Notes: a model not told the origin generated them from the sequence alone. A DNA stretch of 55,637 nt from an uncultured Paenibacillaceae bacterium (GCA_964447355.1 CAYUSG010000004.1:1-55637); one strand, 5' to 3'; counted from the first letter of the stretch, positions 35,601 to 44,969 are shown. Numbers and translations are program-made.

Positions 35601-38342
35601 GATGTGCCTCCGACAGAATTTACGTTCCATTATGTGAATCCTAACTTGCCATATGTGGATCATGTGAAGCGCGATGGCTTCCTATTAAATGAAGCTGTTA
35701 CGAACGAAATTAACGAATTGCCAAGTACTTTAAGGATATATGCAGACAGTAATACGAAGAAGGTTAATGTTTACTTGGGTAATTATACGAGTAATTCACC
35801 CATTTATAAGTCGTTAGTCAACCCACAAAATGATCCGCAGCATGATCTGGATTATTTCGAGATGGAGTTAGATGGTATTCCGAATGGTGATAAGGCCATT
35901 ACGTTCATTCCTAGTACGGTAGGAGATACTAACGGGGGAACCTATACAGAAGCTGAGTGGAATAAATCTGGTGAGAATTTGGCGGGCATGAAGGCTTATG
36001 ACTTGTCCTTTACGAGTACGCCATATGTGATCCTGCACAACATTTTTAATGGATTGCAGGTCGATGACGAGAACAAAATCCAGTGTACAAAGAATGGCGA
36101 TTTAGAAGGCAAATGTATATCTGGACGATTAGTCAACGTGCCTCAATCAGATTATGATATTGTGAGAATGTACATTAATGATGACTACGTCACGCTTGAT
36201 AATGATGACTTTACGAATCTAGAAGAAGGCGAATTTAAAATTGTTCTGGGCGATAAAGGAATTGATTTTGCAGATCGTGATGGTAAGAACACCATTAAGT
36301 TTGAGATTTATATTACCGAGAATGGAACCGAGCGATTGGTCACAACGGCTACTTACGAAATTTTTATTTTCAGTGATGAGGTATCAGAGTTTTTATCTTT
36401 AAAGCCTATTGAGACAGGCGACGAAATTAAATATATTCCGGCTCAAAATCCAGATACTTATGTAACGACTGAGCCAAGTGTCGCGTTCTCTGGTCAATTC
36501 AGCAACGCCTCAGAAATCAAGTTGGTTGTTCGCCGGACAAACAAGGACGGACAATCAGAAGTGATCTATGACCGTCGCTATAACAATTTTAGAAATGAAG
36601 ATCCGGATAGAAGTAACCCAGGGTTCTTTGATGGACGTCCGGACTCCAATGGTAACTTCGAAACCAATGAAATTACACTGTCGCCAATTGGTGATACGTT
36701 TTTTGAATTTTCCATTACAAATGATTCAAAGCAAACCGTCACACGTACTATTGGTGTTAGTCGGGAACCGTTGCCTTACGAGATTATCTATCCTAAACTG
36801 ATTAAGAACCCTGAGGGAGAGTTCCAAGCTAATATCAATAGTAACTATATTGAAATTGAGTTAGCGGCAGAGAATGCAGACCGTGTACTGTTTGATAAAG
36901 ATGCCGCAATCGCACGCGAAGTGGAAGATGAAGACGGGAACAAAGTGATTCATTATTTTTATGAAGTAAGAGATCTAAAAGCAGGCAAGAAGGAAGAAAT
37001 TGAATTTACGGTTGTCCGTGGTCAAGAAGAGCTTGAGGGCAGCTTCTACCTGTTTAACATTGGAACTCCAATCGAAGGAGCTCAATTTAAAACCGAAATG
37101 GATTCCAAAATCGATGCTTTTGATAAAAGATTAAACTTAGTGTTCCCGAAGAATACTTATCTTATGCGAAATGAGCCGGGTTCCGTAAATCAATACCTCA
37201 CTGCAGACCGTGATATCTTATTTGGTATTGCGAGCAGCGACGGTCGTGTTGATAAGTTTAAACATCCGGCGGCATCAGACGGACAACTAGACAATCCGAA
37301 TCGATTAGTTAGCTCAAATGCGAAATTATTATTGCAAGAGCCTACAGGTCGGTTTAGACCAGCTAGTCCGTTGTATTGGATTGATGCAGGCGTTATTAGC
37401 GAGAATACTGAGGATCAAGCTCAAGCGCTAAACGGAAGCGGTACATTGCCTTATGACCAGGGCGTAGAGTTTTATAACAGAAGTTTAGAGGATTTGGTAG
37501 TACCAACAAATAACGGCACATTAACTATACAATATGATCCAGTTATTCGTCAGGATGCATGGAAGTACGTTACGGTATATCATTATGACATTTATGAGGA
37601 TCACAGGGGGATAGTGCAACCGCGGTGGAGAAATTTAGGCGGTGTTGTGGATTCTAAGAAGAACACGATTACTGTGCCTGTTGAGCGATTTGGATATTAT
37701 CAGGTTATGTACATGGATCAAAGCTTTGATGATGTCATTGGTCACAGCTGGGCACGTCATGACCTGGATACGCTGTATTCAAAAGGCATTATGATGCCGA
37801 AGTCACCGCCAACAAACTTTGTACCTAACGATCCAATCAGCCGCGGTGAATTCACGACAATGTTAGTTAAGATCTTCGAGATTCCATTAGAGTATGATGA
37901 TGATCCGACATTTACAGATGTATTAAGGGTCAATCCGTTAACGAACGGACTGTATGATTATAAGTACATCGAGACCGCTGCAAGAGCAGGTATCGTTCGC
38001 GGAGGTTCGGGCGGCCGCTTTATGCCGGATAATTCGATTACCCGTCAAGATGCCGCAGTCATCATAGCGCGTGCCGCTAATTTGAAGCTGAATACGAGTG
38101 ATACAAAAACCTTAGCTTCACTGCAAAAATCATTCACAGATGCGAATAACATTGAGCCATACGCTCGTGCATCCGTCGAAGCGATATCGAAGGCAGATCT
38201 TATAACTGGTAAAGAGAATCTATTGTTACAAGGTCAGAGTAAACCGACGTTTAGATTCGACCCAGCGGCAACATTCACTAGAGCCGAGGCAGCTGCAGTG
38301 ATGATTCGTATTATGAAACAGCAGAAGAAGATACCGAAGTAA
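32652..38342 (+). CDS. giant (1896 aa) secreted cell-surface protein with three C-terminal SLH domains
   Basis: TTG start after AGAGGAGGAG. Signal peptide ending ANAAGA. Acidic Ig-like/DxDxDG-containing body. SLH triplet at about 37724-38339. Confidence 0.9.
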   Translation: MKSRIQQWTSVLLIFALVMSLLPPIAANAAGAVITITYPLPVDDLDGDGKPAADEDRNIVRLTNSNATITATIQNVSADLIPSIYYEITNMTTGNTTVEKSNRAIWDPSQPFNISFQNVSLTEGLNKIVIKMGETSVVSSEPGWAYFTPTTNIKNLTINDEIFVDNKIYPDDPDFSTALEISGSSPNASEVLAYLYGDTTPKNAYFSGGEFFFIADDINKTNSTANFRLRPGDNLLTIIAKNATKNFEIDRNIIYDNGGPFAFGATIQGLVKNETVDIDGNGDGSGDLYLDANLTSLEVHTQPNGQGELIDSESYDVVDADDDGKYEIVFDGAETTTDLAVTSSKVYLTYTVGDPEKLILSPTITTPYAKISSLLKVDVNALNDPEYRYVKIKLPGKEFGPYDLGGAVDAPWADEMNPMELYEGYLPTLFSIQGSAIDNNITVSYESADADAAHSGNLTYVRSNSDETVGLFELEETTLSSDKSPYTFTVKNGSTILDTFQVQVYDNGNMPSFDYDSVDGADADAVADGLEFDLAELDLKENDYEDETVTITFSETVDYRDLDIDILNLAGDRVIASAVGESDTNNNDAILQFTVPNGLNEGQYKIRVSYDNVPLTERYFEVGAEPQELPEVTGVVSPTIPKVNGPLYIAVEGSNFGNDVSKFSAVTFTHATQPDVSATVFDVRDDQLVLYVNDADGDADDFVAGETYNIEFTFTKNDTNTVQYDNDGINNASTTVDVVALTDTMYFSTINDGEVLQYTEEDIEDDVTFELTGVNVVEDDLRIDIVDQDGDEEDEADFTVDTNTVTVEVPDDLDPGYYYVRVMNIGNADDEMLTEIPLNIIAPGISSIERVYNETAEAYEFVITGSNFGLNLDDNELGLKFESLDNDSAAPVEITAEQILGGERAVLEYPVLNEGSYLVTLMYGDAEFNSINYNVTSTTAELEESFEWSKEDQYKVYEFTTELAIPSDRTQLTQFEFYNFSSDDVPPTEFTFHYVNPNLPYVDHVKRDGFLLNEAVTNEINELPSTLRIYADSNTKKVNVYLGNYTSNSPIYKSLVNPQNDPQHDLDYFEMELDGIPNGDKAITFIPSTVGDTNGGTYTEAEWNKSGENLAGMKAYDLSFTSTPYVILHNIFNGLQVDDENKIQCTKNGDLEGKCISGRLVNVPQSDYDIVRMYINDDYVTLDNDDFTNLEEGEFKIVLGDKGIDFADRDGKNTIKFEIYITENGTERLVTTATYEIFIFSDEVSEFLSLKPIETGDEIKYIPAQNPDTYVTTEPSVAFSGQFSNASEIKLVVRRTNKDGQSEVIYDRRYNNFRNEDPDRSNPGFFDGRPDSNGNFETNEITLSPIGDTFFEFSITNDSKQTVTRTIGVSREPLPYEIIYPKLIKNPEGEFQANINSNYIEIELAAENADRVLFDKDAAIAREVEDEDGNKVIHYFYEVRDLKAGKKEEIEFTVVRGQEELEGSFYLFNIGTPIEGAQFKTEMDSKIDAFDKRLNLVFPKNTYLMRNEPGSVNQYLTADRDILFGIASSDGRVDKFKHPAASDGQLDNPNRLVSSNAKLLLQEPTGRFRPASPLYWIDAGVISENTEDQAQALNGSGTLPYDQGVEFYNRSLEDLVVPTNNGTLTIQYDPVIRQDAWKYVTVYHYDIYEDHRGIVQPRWRNLGGVVDSKKNTITVPVERFGYYQVMYMDQSFDDVIGHSWARHDLDTLYSKGIMMPKSPPTNFVPNDPISRGEFTTMLVKIFEIPLEYDDDPTFTDVLRVNPLTNGLYDYKYIETAARAGIVRGGSGGRFMPDNSITRQDAAVIIARAANLKLNTSDTKTLASLQKSFTDANNIEPYARASVEAISKADLITGKENLLLQGQSKPTFRFDPAATFTRAEAAAVMIRIMKQQKKIPK

Positions 38343-38352
38343 ACTAGCGAAC

Positions 38353-38389
38353 AAGAGACGGACCGATGCTGATTGTCGGTTCGTCTCTT
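38353..38389 (+). terminator. hairpin terminator after the giant SLH gene
   Basis: 14-bp stem AAGAGACGGACCGA / TCGGTTCGTCTCTT (one G-U pair). No clear T tail. Confidence 0.6.
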
Positions 38390-38674
38390 ACATGTATACT
38401 ATCGATGTAGCATATTAGATATACTGGAAAATCTTTAGTAATGACGAACCAGCTAGATCGAGGTATACTAGGTTTCGTAGACGAGCGGTACACACGAAAT
38501 GATATACGGCTCACTACACGGCAGACATAAAAAACAAATAAAAAGTTTTTTATGAAACAGCGCAACTTTTTTTGAAACCCTGCGTTTAATACATTGATTG
38601 CGAAAGACGAAGCGCAAAAGTAAGAAGAATTAGAGATTTCAAGTGAAAACTTGGTTAAATTTCTCAAAATTCTC

Positions 38675-38703
38675 TTTACGGCGCTGAGGTACCATTGTAT
38701 AAT
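38675..38703 (+). promoter_or_regulatory. putative sigma-A promoter of the S-layer gene
   Basis: TTTACG, a 17-nt spacer, then TATAAT (38698-38703). Implies a ~200-nt 5' UTR. Confidence 0.45.
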
Positions 38704-38907
38704 GTTGAAGTGGTATCTTAGTTTCTATTTTTTGCTAACCACGTTTACTAGTTTCTGTGACCCTAAGAAAGTTGCAGACTTAATCCTAAATAAATATTGC
38801 TCAACTCTGGGAAGGGGGTGAATCGGTCAATGAGGGAAACGAGCTCAAATTATTCTAAACATCACTCTCAACAACCGAAACATTATCGAGGAGGAGAAAG
38901 AAAGGTT

Positions 38908-41900
38908 ATGAAAAAAAGATTATCCGCACTTTTAGCAGCGTCTATGGTACTATCCAGCTTTTCATCCGTAGCGCTAGCAGCAGACGATGCATCCCTAGAT
39001 GCACAAGCGAAGTTTGACGCACTTAAAGAAAAAGGTATTTTTGAAGGTTTCACTGATGGTACTGCTGGTCTTAATCAAAATATGACTCGCGCACAATTTG
39101 CTCGCGTAGCAGCATTACTTGCTGGTGCAGATCTTGACAACCCTCCAGCTACAGCATCCTTCACGGATGTACCTGTAGGTCACTGGGCATTCGAAGAAGT
39201 TGAAGCAGCTAAAGAAGCTGGTTTCATCTCCGGTAGAGGAAATGGTGTCTTCGATCCTAGCTCCGACGTAACAATTCAAGAATTGGCTCGCGTTCTTGTA
39301 GACGTTCTTGATATTGAAGTTGATGCAGACGCTGAAGTTGAAGGCGCAGCTGATTGGGCAGCTCCTTACGTTCAAGCAGCTATCGACAATGGTTTGATCT
39401 CTGCTGACGCTGATTTCAAAGCTAGCGCTAAGCGTGAATTGCTTGTTGAAGCTTCTTACGTAGCAAAAGCTGAGTTAGACAAGAAAGCTCCTGGCAACTT
39501 AGCTCTTACTAACAAAGTTCTTGGCTTGAAGAAAGTTGAACTTTCCTTCGGAACAGCTGTAGACAACACTAAAGCTGACATCACTGTTAAAAGAGGAACT
39601 AACAACGTTGATATTAAGTCTGTGAAATATGCTGACGATAAAAAATCAGCGACTGTTGAATTCACTTCTGATCTTCGTGAAGGGGATCACACAGTAACTG
39701 TTTCAGGTATTTCCGAAGATGCACTAACTAGCGAATTCGAAATTGAAGCTGAAAAAGTAGCGGCGATTGAATTCGTATCTGAAAATGCAGTTAAAGTGAA
39801 CAGAGCAGATAATACAGCAACGCCTGAAAAAGAAGATGAGAATCAAGTAACTGTTCAAATCAAAGTAACGAACCAATACGGTGAAGATGTTACTGACGAT
39901 TATGCAGATGAACTAGAATACAACTTTACAGATGTTGAAGACAACGGTTGGGATTATGATGAAAGAACAGGTCTTATCACATTAACTCATGAAGATACAG
40001 ACGGAGAATTTGATATCAACGATAAAATCTTTGCTAATGCAAGATATTTCAATGAAGATACTGATTACTCCGTAGTAATGGCTGATGCGACATTAACTGT
40101 AGCACCTGAGGCTTATGTTGATACAATTGAAGTTACTCAACTATACACTACTGATACTGATGATGAAGTATTAGATGTTGAAGATCTTGAAGATGAAGAT
40201 TGGTACCTAGTTGTATCTGCAAAAGACCAATACGGTCGTGACATCAAAAATAAAGAACCACTTATTGATGATGTTAGTGTAACTGTCCTTAATGATGATA
40301 TCTTTGAAGTTGATGAAGCAGATTTTATTGACAACTTAGATATCGATGGTGACGATTATACAGCTGTTAAATTAACTGATCCAGACACCACTGAATTTGA
40401 TGGCGGAGAAACTACAGTTATTATGATCTCCAAAACGGGTAAGAGATCTGAATACAAAGTTGAAGTTAAAGAAAGAGTTCAAGTGGATACTATTCAATTT
40501 TCAACTCCGAATGCACCAGCTGCTGGGGACAAAATCGTAGTTCCTTTCGAAGCAATTGACCAATTCGGTGATGTGATTACTGATATCGATGTTCTTGAGC
40601 GTTTGAACCCTGACGATGAAGATAACGTTGATATTTCTCCAAGCAAACTTGAAAGACCAGGGAAATATGGATTCTACCAAAACTACAAAAAAGACACTGC
40701 TGAGTTTATCATCGATACAAAAGATGTAGCAGTTGAAAAAGGTGACAGAGTAACTATTCGTGTTACTACTGATACTTTGAAAACTGAAACTTTCTCCTTC
40801 ACACTAGGTGAAGAGGCTGAAGCAGGTGAAATCAAAGGTGTAGATCCAGAAGAATTTGATCTAGCTTATCTTGAAGACGCTACTGAACAATATGAGTTGA
40901 AATTGAAATGGGTTGAAGTGTTAGACCAATATGGTGAAGATTTTGATCCGAAATATGTACAAGACCTAACTGGTTTAGATGAAACTAATCACAATCAATA
41001 CAAATTAGTTGTTAAGTCATCCAAACGCGATGCTCTTGATATTGTTGAAGCTCCGAATACTGGTGACGAAGAGTATACTTTATATGACAGAGACCGCGAT
41101 GGTGATTATGAAGACGAAATTCTTAATGTAATCGCAGCTAAAAAAGGTCAATCTAGCTTTGAACTGGTTCTTTACAAATGGGATCAAGAAAAAGCTAGTG
41201 ACACTGGTAAGTTTAAAGAAGTAGCTAGCAAAACACTTCGTGTTAAAACTGTAGAGAAAAAAGACATTAAAGATTACACTGTAACTGTTGAGAACAAAGT
41301 GTTAGACCGTGCAGCATTTGATCGTCTAGTTTTAGATGGCGATTTAGAAGCTAGTAAAGCTGCTGATTACGACGAGAAAATTAAAGTTAAAGGTATCTTA
41401 AGTGATGATACAAAAGTAGCTATTCCGGTTAGAGATGAAAACTACCAAGTAACAATCACTAAAGCTCAATTTGGCTATGATACTGTAACGGGTAATGTTT
41501 ATGCAGAATCCGACGGCACTGATTTCCCTAACAATCTGTTTGATGATGATGATGATGACAGAAATGAATCTACAACTGCAACAGTTACAATTTTAGCTCA
41601 TGGACCTTCTATTGTGAAAACTGTTGAAATAACAGCATCCGATAAGGATCCAGAGGTTACAAAGCTTAGTCTTAATAAAGATTATGACAGCAACAACAAC
41701 GAAGTTGATGACGACATCTTATATGTAAGTCAAGTGAATAGCAAAGATACTGCGGTTCTTGACAGAGACGAAGATGACTTTAAAGATATCGTAGTCGATG
41801 CACTGAAAGTTAAGGACCAATATGGTGTAACATTAACTGGTTTGGATAGAAGCAAATTTACAATTTCACTTTCCAACTTTGTAACTGATGTTGAAGAAGC

Positions 41901-42018
41901 TGACAAATCCAAAACTAAAGACGTCTCTAAATTAGTTGACGGAGATAGCTTAACTGTAACTGTAGTATCTAACGATACTGGTAAAGTTTTAACTTTCAAA
42001 GCAGTTATTACTGACTAA
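38908..42018 (+). CDS. S-layer-type protein: N-terminal SLH domains plus an acidic, Cys-free repetitive body
   Basis: ATG 38908 after GAGGAGGAGAAAGAAAGG. Signal peptide MKKRLSALLAASMVLSSFSSVALA. SLH repeats at about 38980-39470. No Cys in 1036 aa. Strongly A/T-ending codon choice. Strong terminator. Confidence 0.88.
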   Translation: MKKRLSALLAASMVLSSFSSVALAADDASLDAQAKFDALKEKGIFEGFTDGTAGLNQNMTRAQFARVAALLAGADLDNPPATASFTDVPVGHWAFEEVEAAKEAGFISGRGNGVFDPSSDVTIQELARVLVDVLDIEVDADAEVEGAADWAAPYVQAAIDNGLISADADFKASAKRELLVEASYVAKAELDKKAPGNLALTNKVLGLKKVELSFGTAVDNTKADITVKRGTNNVDIKSVKYADDKKSATVEFTSDLREGDHTVTVSGISEDALTSEFEIEAEKVAAIEFVSENAVKVNRADNTATPEKEDENQVTVQIKVTNQYGEDVTDDYADELEYNFTDVEDNGWDYDERTGLITLTHEDTDGEFDINDKIFANARYFNEDTDYSVVMADATLTVAPEAYVDTIEVTQLYTTDTDDEVLDVEDLEDEDWYLVVSAKDQYGRDIKNKEPLIDDVSVTVLNDDIFEVDEADFIDNLDIDGDDYTAVKLTDPDTTEFDGGETTVIMISKTGKRSEYKVEVKERVQVDTIQFSTPNAPAAGDKIVVPFEAIDQFGDVITDIDVLERLNPDDEDNVDISPSKLERPGKYGFYQNYKKDTAEFIIDTKDVAVEKGDRVTIRVTTDTLKTETFSFTLGEEAEAGEIKGVDPEEFDLAYLEDATEQYELKLKWVEVLDQYGEDFDPKYVQDLTGLDETNHNQYKLVVKSSKRDALDIVEAPNTGDEEYTLYDRDRDGDYEDEILNVIAAKKGQSSFELVLYKWDQEKASDTGKFKEVASKTLRVKTVEKKDIKDYTVTVENKVLDRAAFDRLVLDGDLEASKAADYDEKIKVKGILSDDTKVAIPVRDENYQVTITKAQFGYDTVTGNVYAESDGTDFPNNLFDDDDDDRNESTTATVTILAHGPSIVKTVEITASDKDPEVTKLSLNKDYDSNNNEVDDDILYVSQVNSKDTAVLDRDEDDFKDIVVDALKVKDQYGVTLTGLDRSKFTISLSNFVTDVEEADKSKTKDVSKLVDGDSLTVTVVSNDTGKVLTFKAVITD

Positions 42019-42037
42019 TATCCAATAGTCAAAATCA

Positions 42038-42072
42038 AAGAAGTCGAGAAGAAATTCTCGGCTTCTTTTTTC
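42038..42072 (+). terminator. rho-independent terminator of the S-layer gene
   Basis: 13-bp stem AAGAAGTCGAGAA / TTCTCGGCTTCTT (one G-U pair), loop GAAA, then a T run. Confidence 0.9.
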
Positions 42073-42201
42073 TATCTATAAGTTTCCCCATAATAATGAA
42101 AATTATCCAAAAGAAAAAAGATAAATAACCATCATTTCAACGAAACTTTTCCCCCTCTACATACGTTTAAATAAGTGTATAAAAAATTAGGAGGAACCTA
42201 C

Positions 42202-44292
42202 ATGAAGCGTTTGTACAAAAGCTGGGTCATTGCTGCTATGAGTGCACTTTTAGTATTTTCTTTAATTAATCCGGTTCTAGCAGACACACAGAACCCAGAA
42301 GTCGATACTGCAACGAAACCAGCAGAAATTAAAGTGAGTTCAACGAAGTTGGGTCAAGTCTTTCTATCAGGCGATACATACGTCGAATTTAAGAACCTTA
42401 GAGTATTGCCTCTAGACAATAAACAGGTTGTATCGTTCACGGTAGAAGTGAACAATAATGGGTCTTCAACCCTTAACTTTGTTGATTATTGGGTGAAGTT
42501 AAGAACAACGGGAGGATCCAAATTTACAACTAAGTTAATCGCGGATTCTGCCAATAAAGATACCATTGCTCCCAAAATGAAGCAGTACTACACCATGTAC
42601 AGTCTTATTGGTGAAGAAGTGAATGTGAAGGATCTAGTATTTGAATTCATTGAATGGGATTTCGATTTGCCGAATTATGAGAAGGTGATTGGTAAGGTCA
42701 CGGTCCCTGCTCATTACAATGATGCGATTCCAAGCGGCATGGCTGGCAGCATCTTGGTAGGCAACACGGATGTTCAACTCTATGTGAGTGATGCTACTAG
42801 TGAGCTTTCTGTTGATGAGAATATTGCTACTATTAATCTTGATTTGCTTAACCTGGGTAATCGTGCTTTAACTTTACCGAACTACAAATATTTATTAGTT
42901 AGCACAGATGGTACAGCGTATGATGCTACACCGAATAAAACAGATATAACATTACAGCCAAAAGTTAAAGAAAAACTGGAATTAGAAGTAGAGGTTCCTG
43001 AGTCCATCGTACTTAAGAACATGGATTTAATGGTGGTTACTACAGACGAAGCTTCTGCTACAGATATAGCAATAGGTTCATACAATATCGCTGATTTAAC
43101 GAAGCAAGAATCGAAAGATCTTAAGGTGCTTGGCAATGGTATTGAATATGAGAATAAAGCTGGAAAGTATGACTACACGCTAACTCGTATTCAGCGTCTA
43201 GCGTGGGAAGATCAAGATATCATTACAGCACAATTTAATATTGCGAATGCTGATAATGAATCGATTCCTTTCCCAACGTTAAAGCCAGTATTTAAGGTTG
43301 ATGGTGTAGAGCTGGACAGTGAGTCGTTACAAATGATTAAGTTAGACGAAGTGTTAGGTATTAACACAGGCAAATCAGCGAATATCCTAATGTATATTAA
43401 AGTGCCTTACACGTATGATTTCTCCAGTGTTGAAGTAGTTTTATATGATGAAACCAAGGAAACTGAAGTTCTGAAGGAAAAGAAAATTGGAGACTTTAAG
43501 GCGGTTACATCTCAACTATCGATGCCAGTGATTGAGAGCGATGGTACACATTCAATTACAAGTGTAGGTAAAGCAGCCACTGTAAAGGTGAAGGAAGTTC
43601 AACTGTATGAAGAAGAGCATACTACGCTATTCTATACTGAAGTGACAGTAACGAATGAGGAGAAGCGACTTGCTGACCTCGCTAAGTTGAAAGCTTATCT
43701 AAAAACACCTACAGACACGTATTACCCAATGGAAGTTTCTGAAGTAACACAAAAAATCAACCCAGGAAGAAGCGCTGTTCTAGCGTATTCTGCACAGTTG
43801 CCATCTTATGTAGATACAGCTCAGTTGATGATGGTGTTAGGTGAATCCGTGAATGAAGATACAGCTTATATCAATGGGGTAACATTCGAGCTGCCAGGAG
43901 ATGAGAAAGACTCCATTCAAACGGGATTCCAACCGATCAGTATCGAGCCATATACGTTTGCCTTTAATAAAATTGATGCCAAGTTATCCAATGTGCTTAC
44001 CGTTAATTTTGAATACACGGTTACCAAAGAAAATAGATTTGAAGTGTATCCAGAAGGCCATTCTTTAGTGATGGAAATTGTAGATGGCGATGTTCAATAT
44101 TCTCAGGTGTTTGAATTTGAGAAAGATTTATTAGTGGGAACTTACAAAAACTCAATGACCGCTAATATGAACATTGACAACATTGAAGAAGCTTACAGAG
44201 AATTCGATGGATACAAAATTAACTTGTATGACCAATACAAAGGACATAAGAAGCTTTTAGGTACTAAATGGATTACAAGCATTAATAATTAA
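42202..44292 (+). CDS. secreted protein of unknown function with five beta-sandwich-like repeat modules
   Basis: AGGAGGA 6 nt before ATG 42202. Signal peptide ending PVLA-DT. Five homologous strand motifs (see finding). No SLH domain. Confidence 0.8.
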   Translation: MKRLYKSWVIAAMSALLVFSLINPVLADTQNPEVDTATKPAEIKVSSTKLGQVFLSGDTYVEFKNLRVLPLDNKQVVSFTVEVNNNGSSTLNFVDYWVKLRTTGGSKFTTKLIADSANKDTIAPKMKQYYTMYSLIGEEVNVKDLVFEFIEWDFDLPNYEKVIGKVTVPAHYNDAIPSGMAGSILVGNTDVQLYVSDATSELSVDENIATINLDLLNLGNRALTLPNYKYLLVSTDGTAYDATPNKTDITLQPKVKEKLELEVEVPESIVLKNMDLMVVTTDEASATDIAIGSYNIADLTKQESKDLKVLGNGIEYENKAGKYDYTLTRIQRLAWEDQDIITAQFNIANADNESIPFPTLKPVFKVDGVELDSESLQMIKLDEVLGINTGKSANILMYIKVPYTYDFSSVEVVLYDETKETEVLKEKKIGDFKAVTSQLSMPVIESDGTHSITSVGKAATVKVKEVQLYEEEHTTLFYTEVTVTNEEKRLADLAKLKAYLKTPTDTYYPMEVSEVTQKINPGRSAVLAYSAQLPSYVDTAQLMMVLGESVNEDTAYINGVTFELPGDEKDSIQTGFQPISIEPYTFAFNKIDAKLSNVLTVNFEYTVTKENRFEVYPEGHSLVMEIVDGDVQYSQVFEFEKDLLVGTYKNSMTANMNIDNIEEAYREFDGYKINLYDQYKGHKKLLGTKWITSINN

Positions 44293-44316
44293 AATGTTAA
44301 GTAAAGGAGCAGGCTT

Positions 44317-44898
44317 GTGAGAATAATAAGAAACAAGGCATTAGTAGCATCAATCACAGCTGGAGTACTATTGTTAACAGGCGGCTCCTTGGCTTCCTTA
44401 TATGCAGATCAGCTCGGTTCGAATCAAGCAGGGACGGCTGAAGACCCAATTGTTACGAAGAGCTATGTAGATTTTCAAGTTCAGTCTAAAGTCCAAGAAG
44501 AGTTTGCCAAACAAACCGTAAATACGGATGAAATTAATCAGATTATTGATAATTTCAAGAAAGAGCTTGAATCGCAAAGCAAAAGCAGCTCAGAGTTAAC
44601 GGTAGTCAATATCCCAAAAGGTAGAATCCTTTATGCAGGTGCTGGGAGTGAGTTTGTCGTACGTTCAGGTCAAGCGATTGCTTATAGTAACGATGGTAAT
44701 GGCATTCCAGACTTAACGGCAGGTAAAGATATACCTAATGGATCAGAAATTACGAATAACCACTTGCTATTGTTTCCTAGGGAAGGACGCGGCATTAAGC
44801 CAAGTACAGATGGCGGGTTGATTGTAATGGTTAGAGGCAGTTATTTGCTTATGGATGATGTATCAGAAGCTTCAGTAGAAACATCCCAAACACCGTAA
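44317..44898 (+). CDS. membrane-anchored protein of unknown function (193 aa)
   Basis: GTG 44317 lies 7 nt after AAAGGAG and 24 nt after the preceding stop. N-terminal TM helix, predicted helical segment, Gly-rich beta C-terminal domain. Confidence 0.7.
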   Translation: MRIIRNKALVASITAGVLLLTGGSLASLYADQLGSNQAGTAEDPIVTKSYVDFQVQSKVQEEFAKQTVNTDEINQIIDNFKKELESQSKSSSELTVVNIPKGRILYAGAGSEFVVRSGQAIAYSNDGNGIPDLTAGKDIPNGSEITNNHLLLFPREGRGIKPSTDGGLIVMVRGSYLLMDDVSEASVETSQTP

Positions 44899-44938
44899 TT
44901 TTTGACGGTTAAACCAAGATCTTTATAGGGTGAGACCT

Positions 44939-44969
44939 GACATATTGGTGAAACTAACTTTACATTCTT
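44939..44969 (+). promoter_or_regulatory. possible forespore (sigma-G/F-type) promoter of the SASP gene
   Basis: GACATA, an 18-nt spacer, then CATTCTT. This only partially matches sigma-G gnATA-n17/18-CATnnTA. Short leader, as in ssp genes. Confidence 0.3.

Noticed and set aside
38344-38667. 107-aa minus-strand ORF in the spacer upstream of the S-layer gene
   Set aside because: It begins inside the S-layer promoter region and runs through the terminator hairpin of the preceding gene. It has no SD and low-complexity AT-rich codons.
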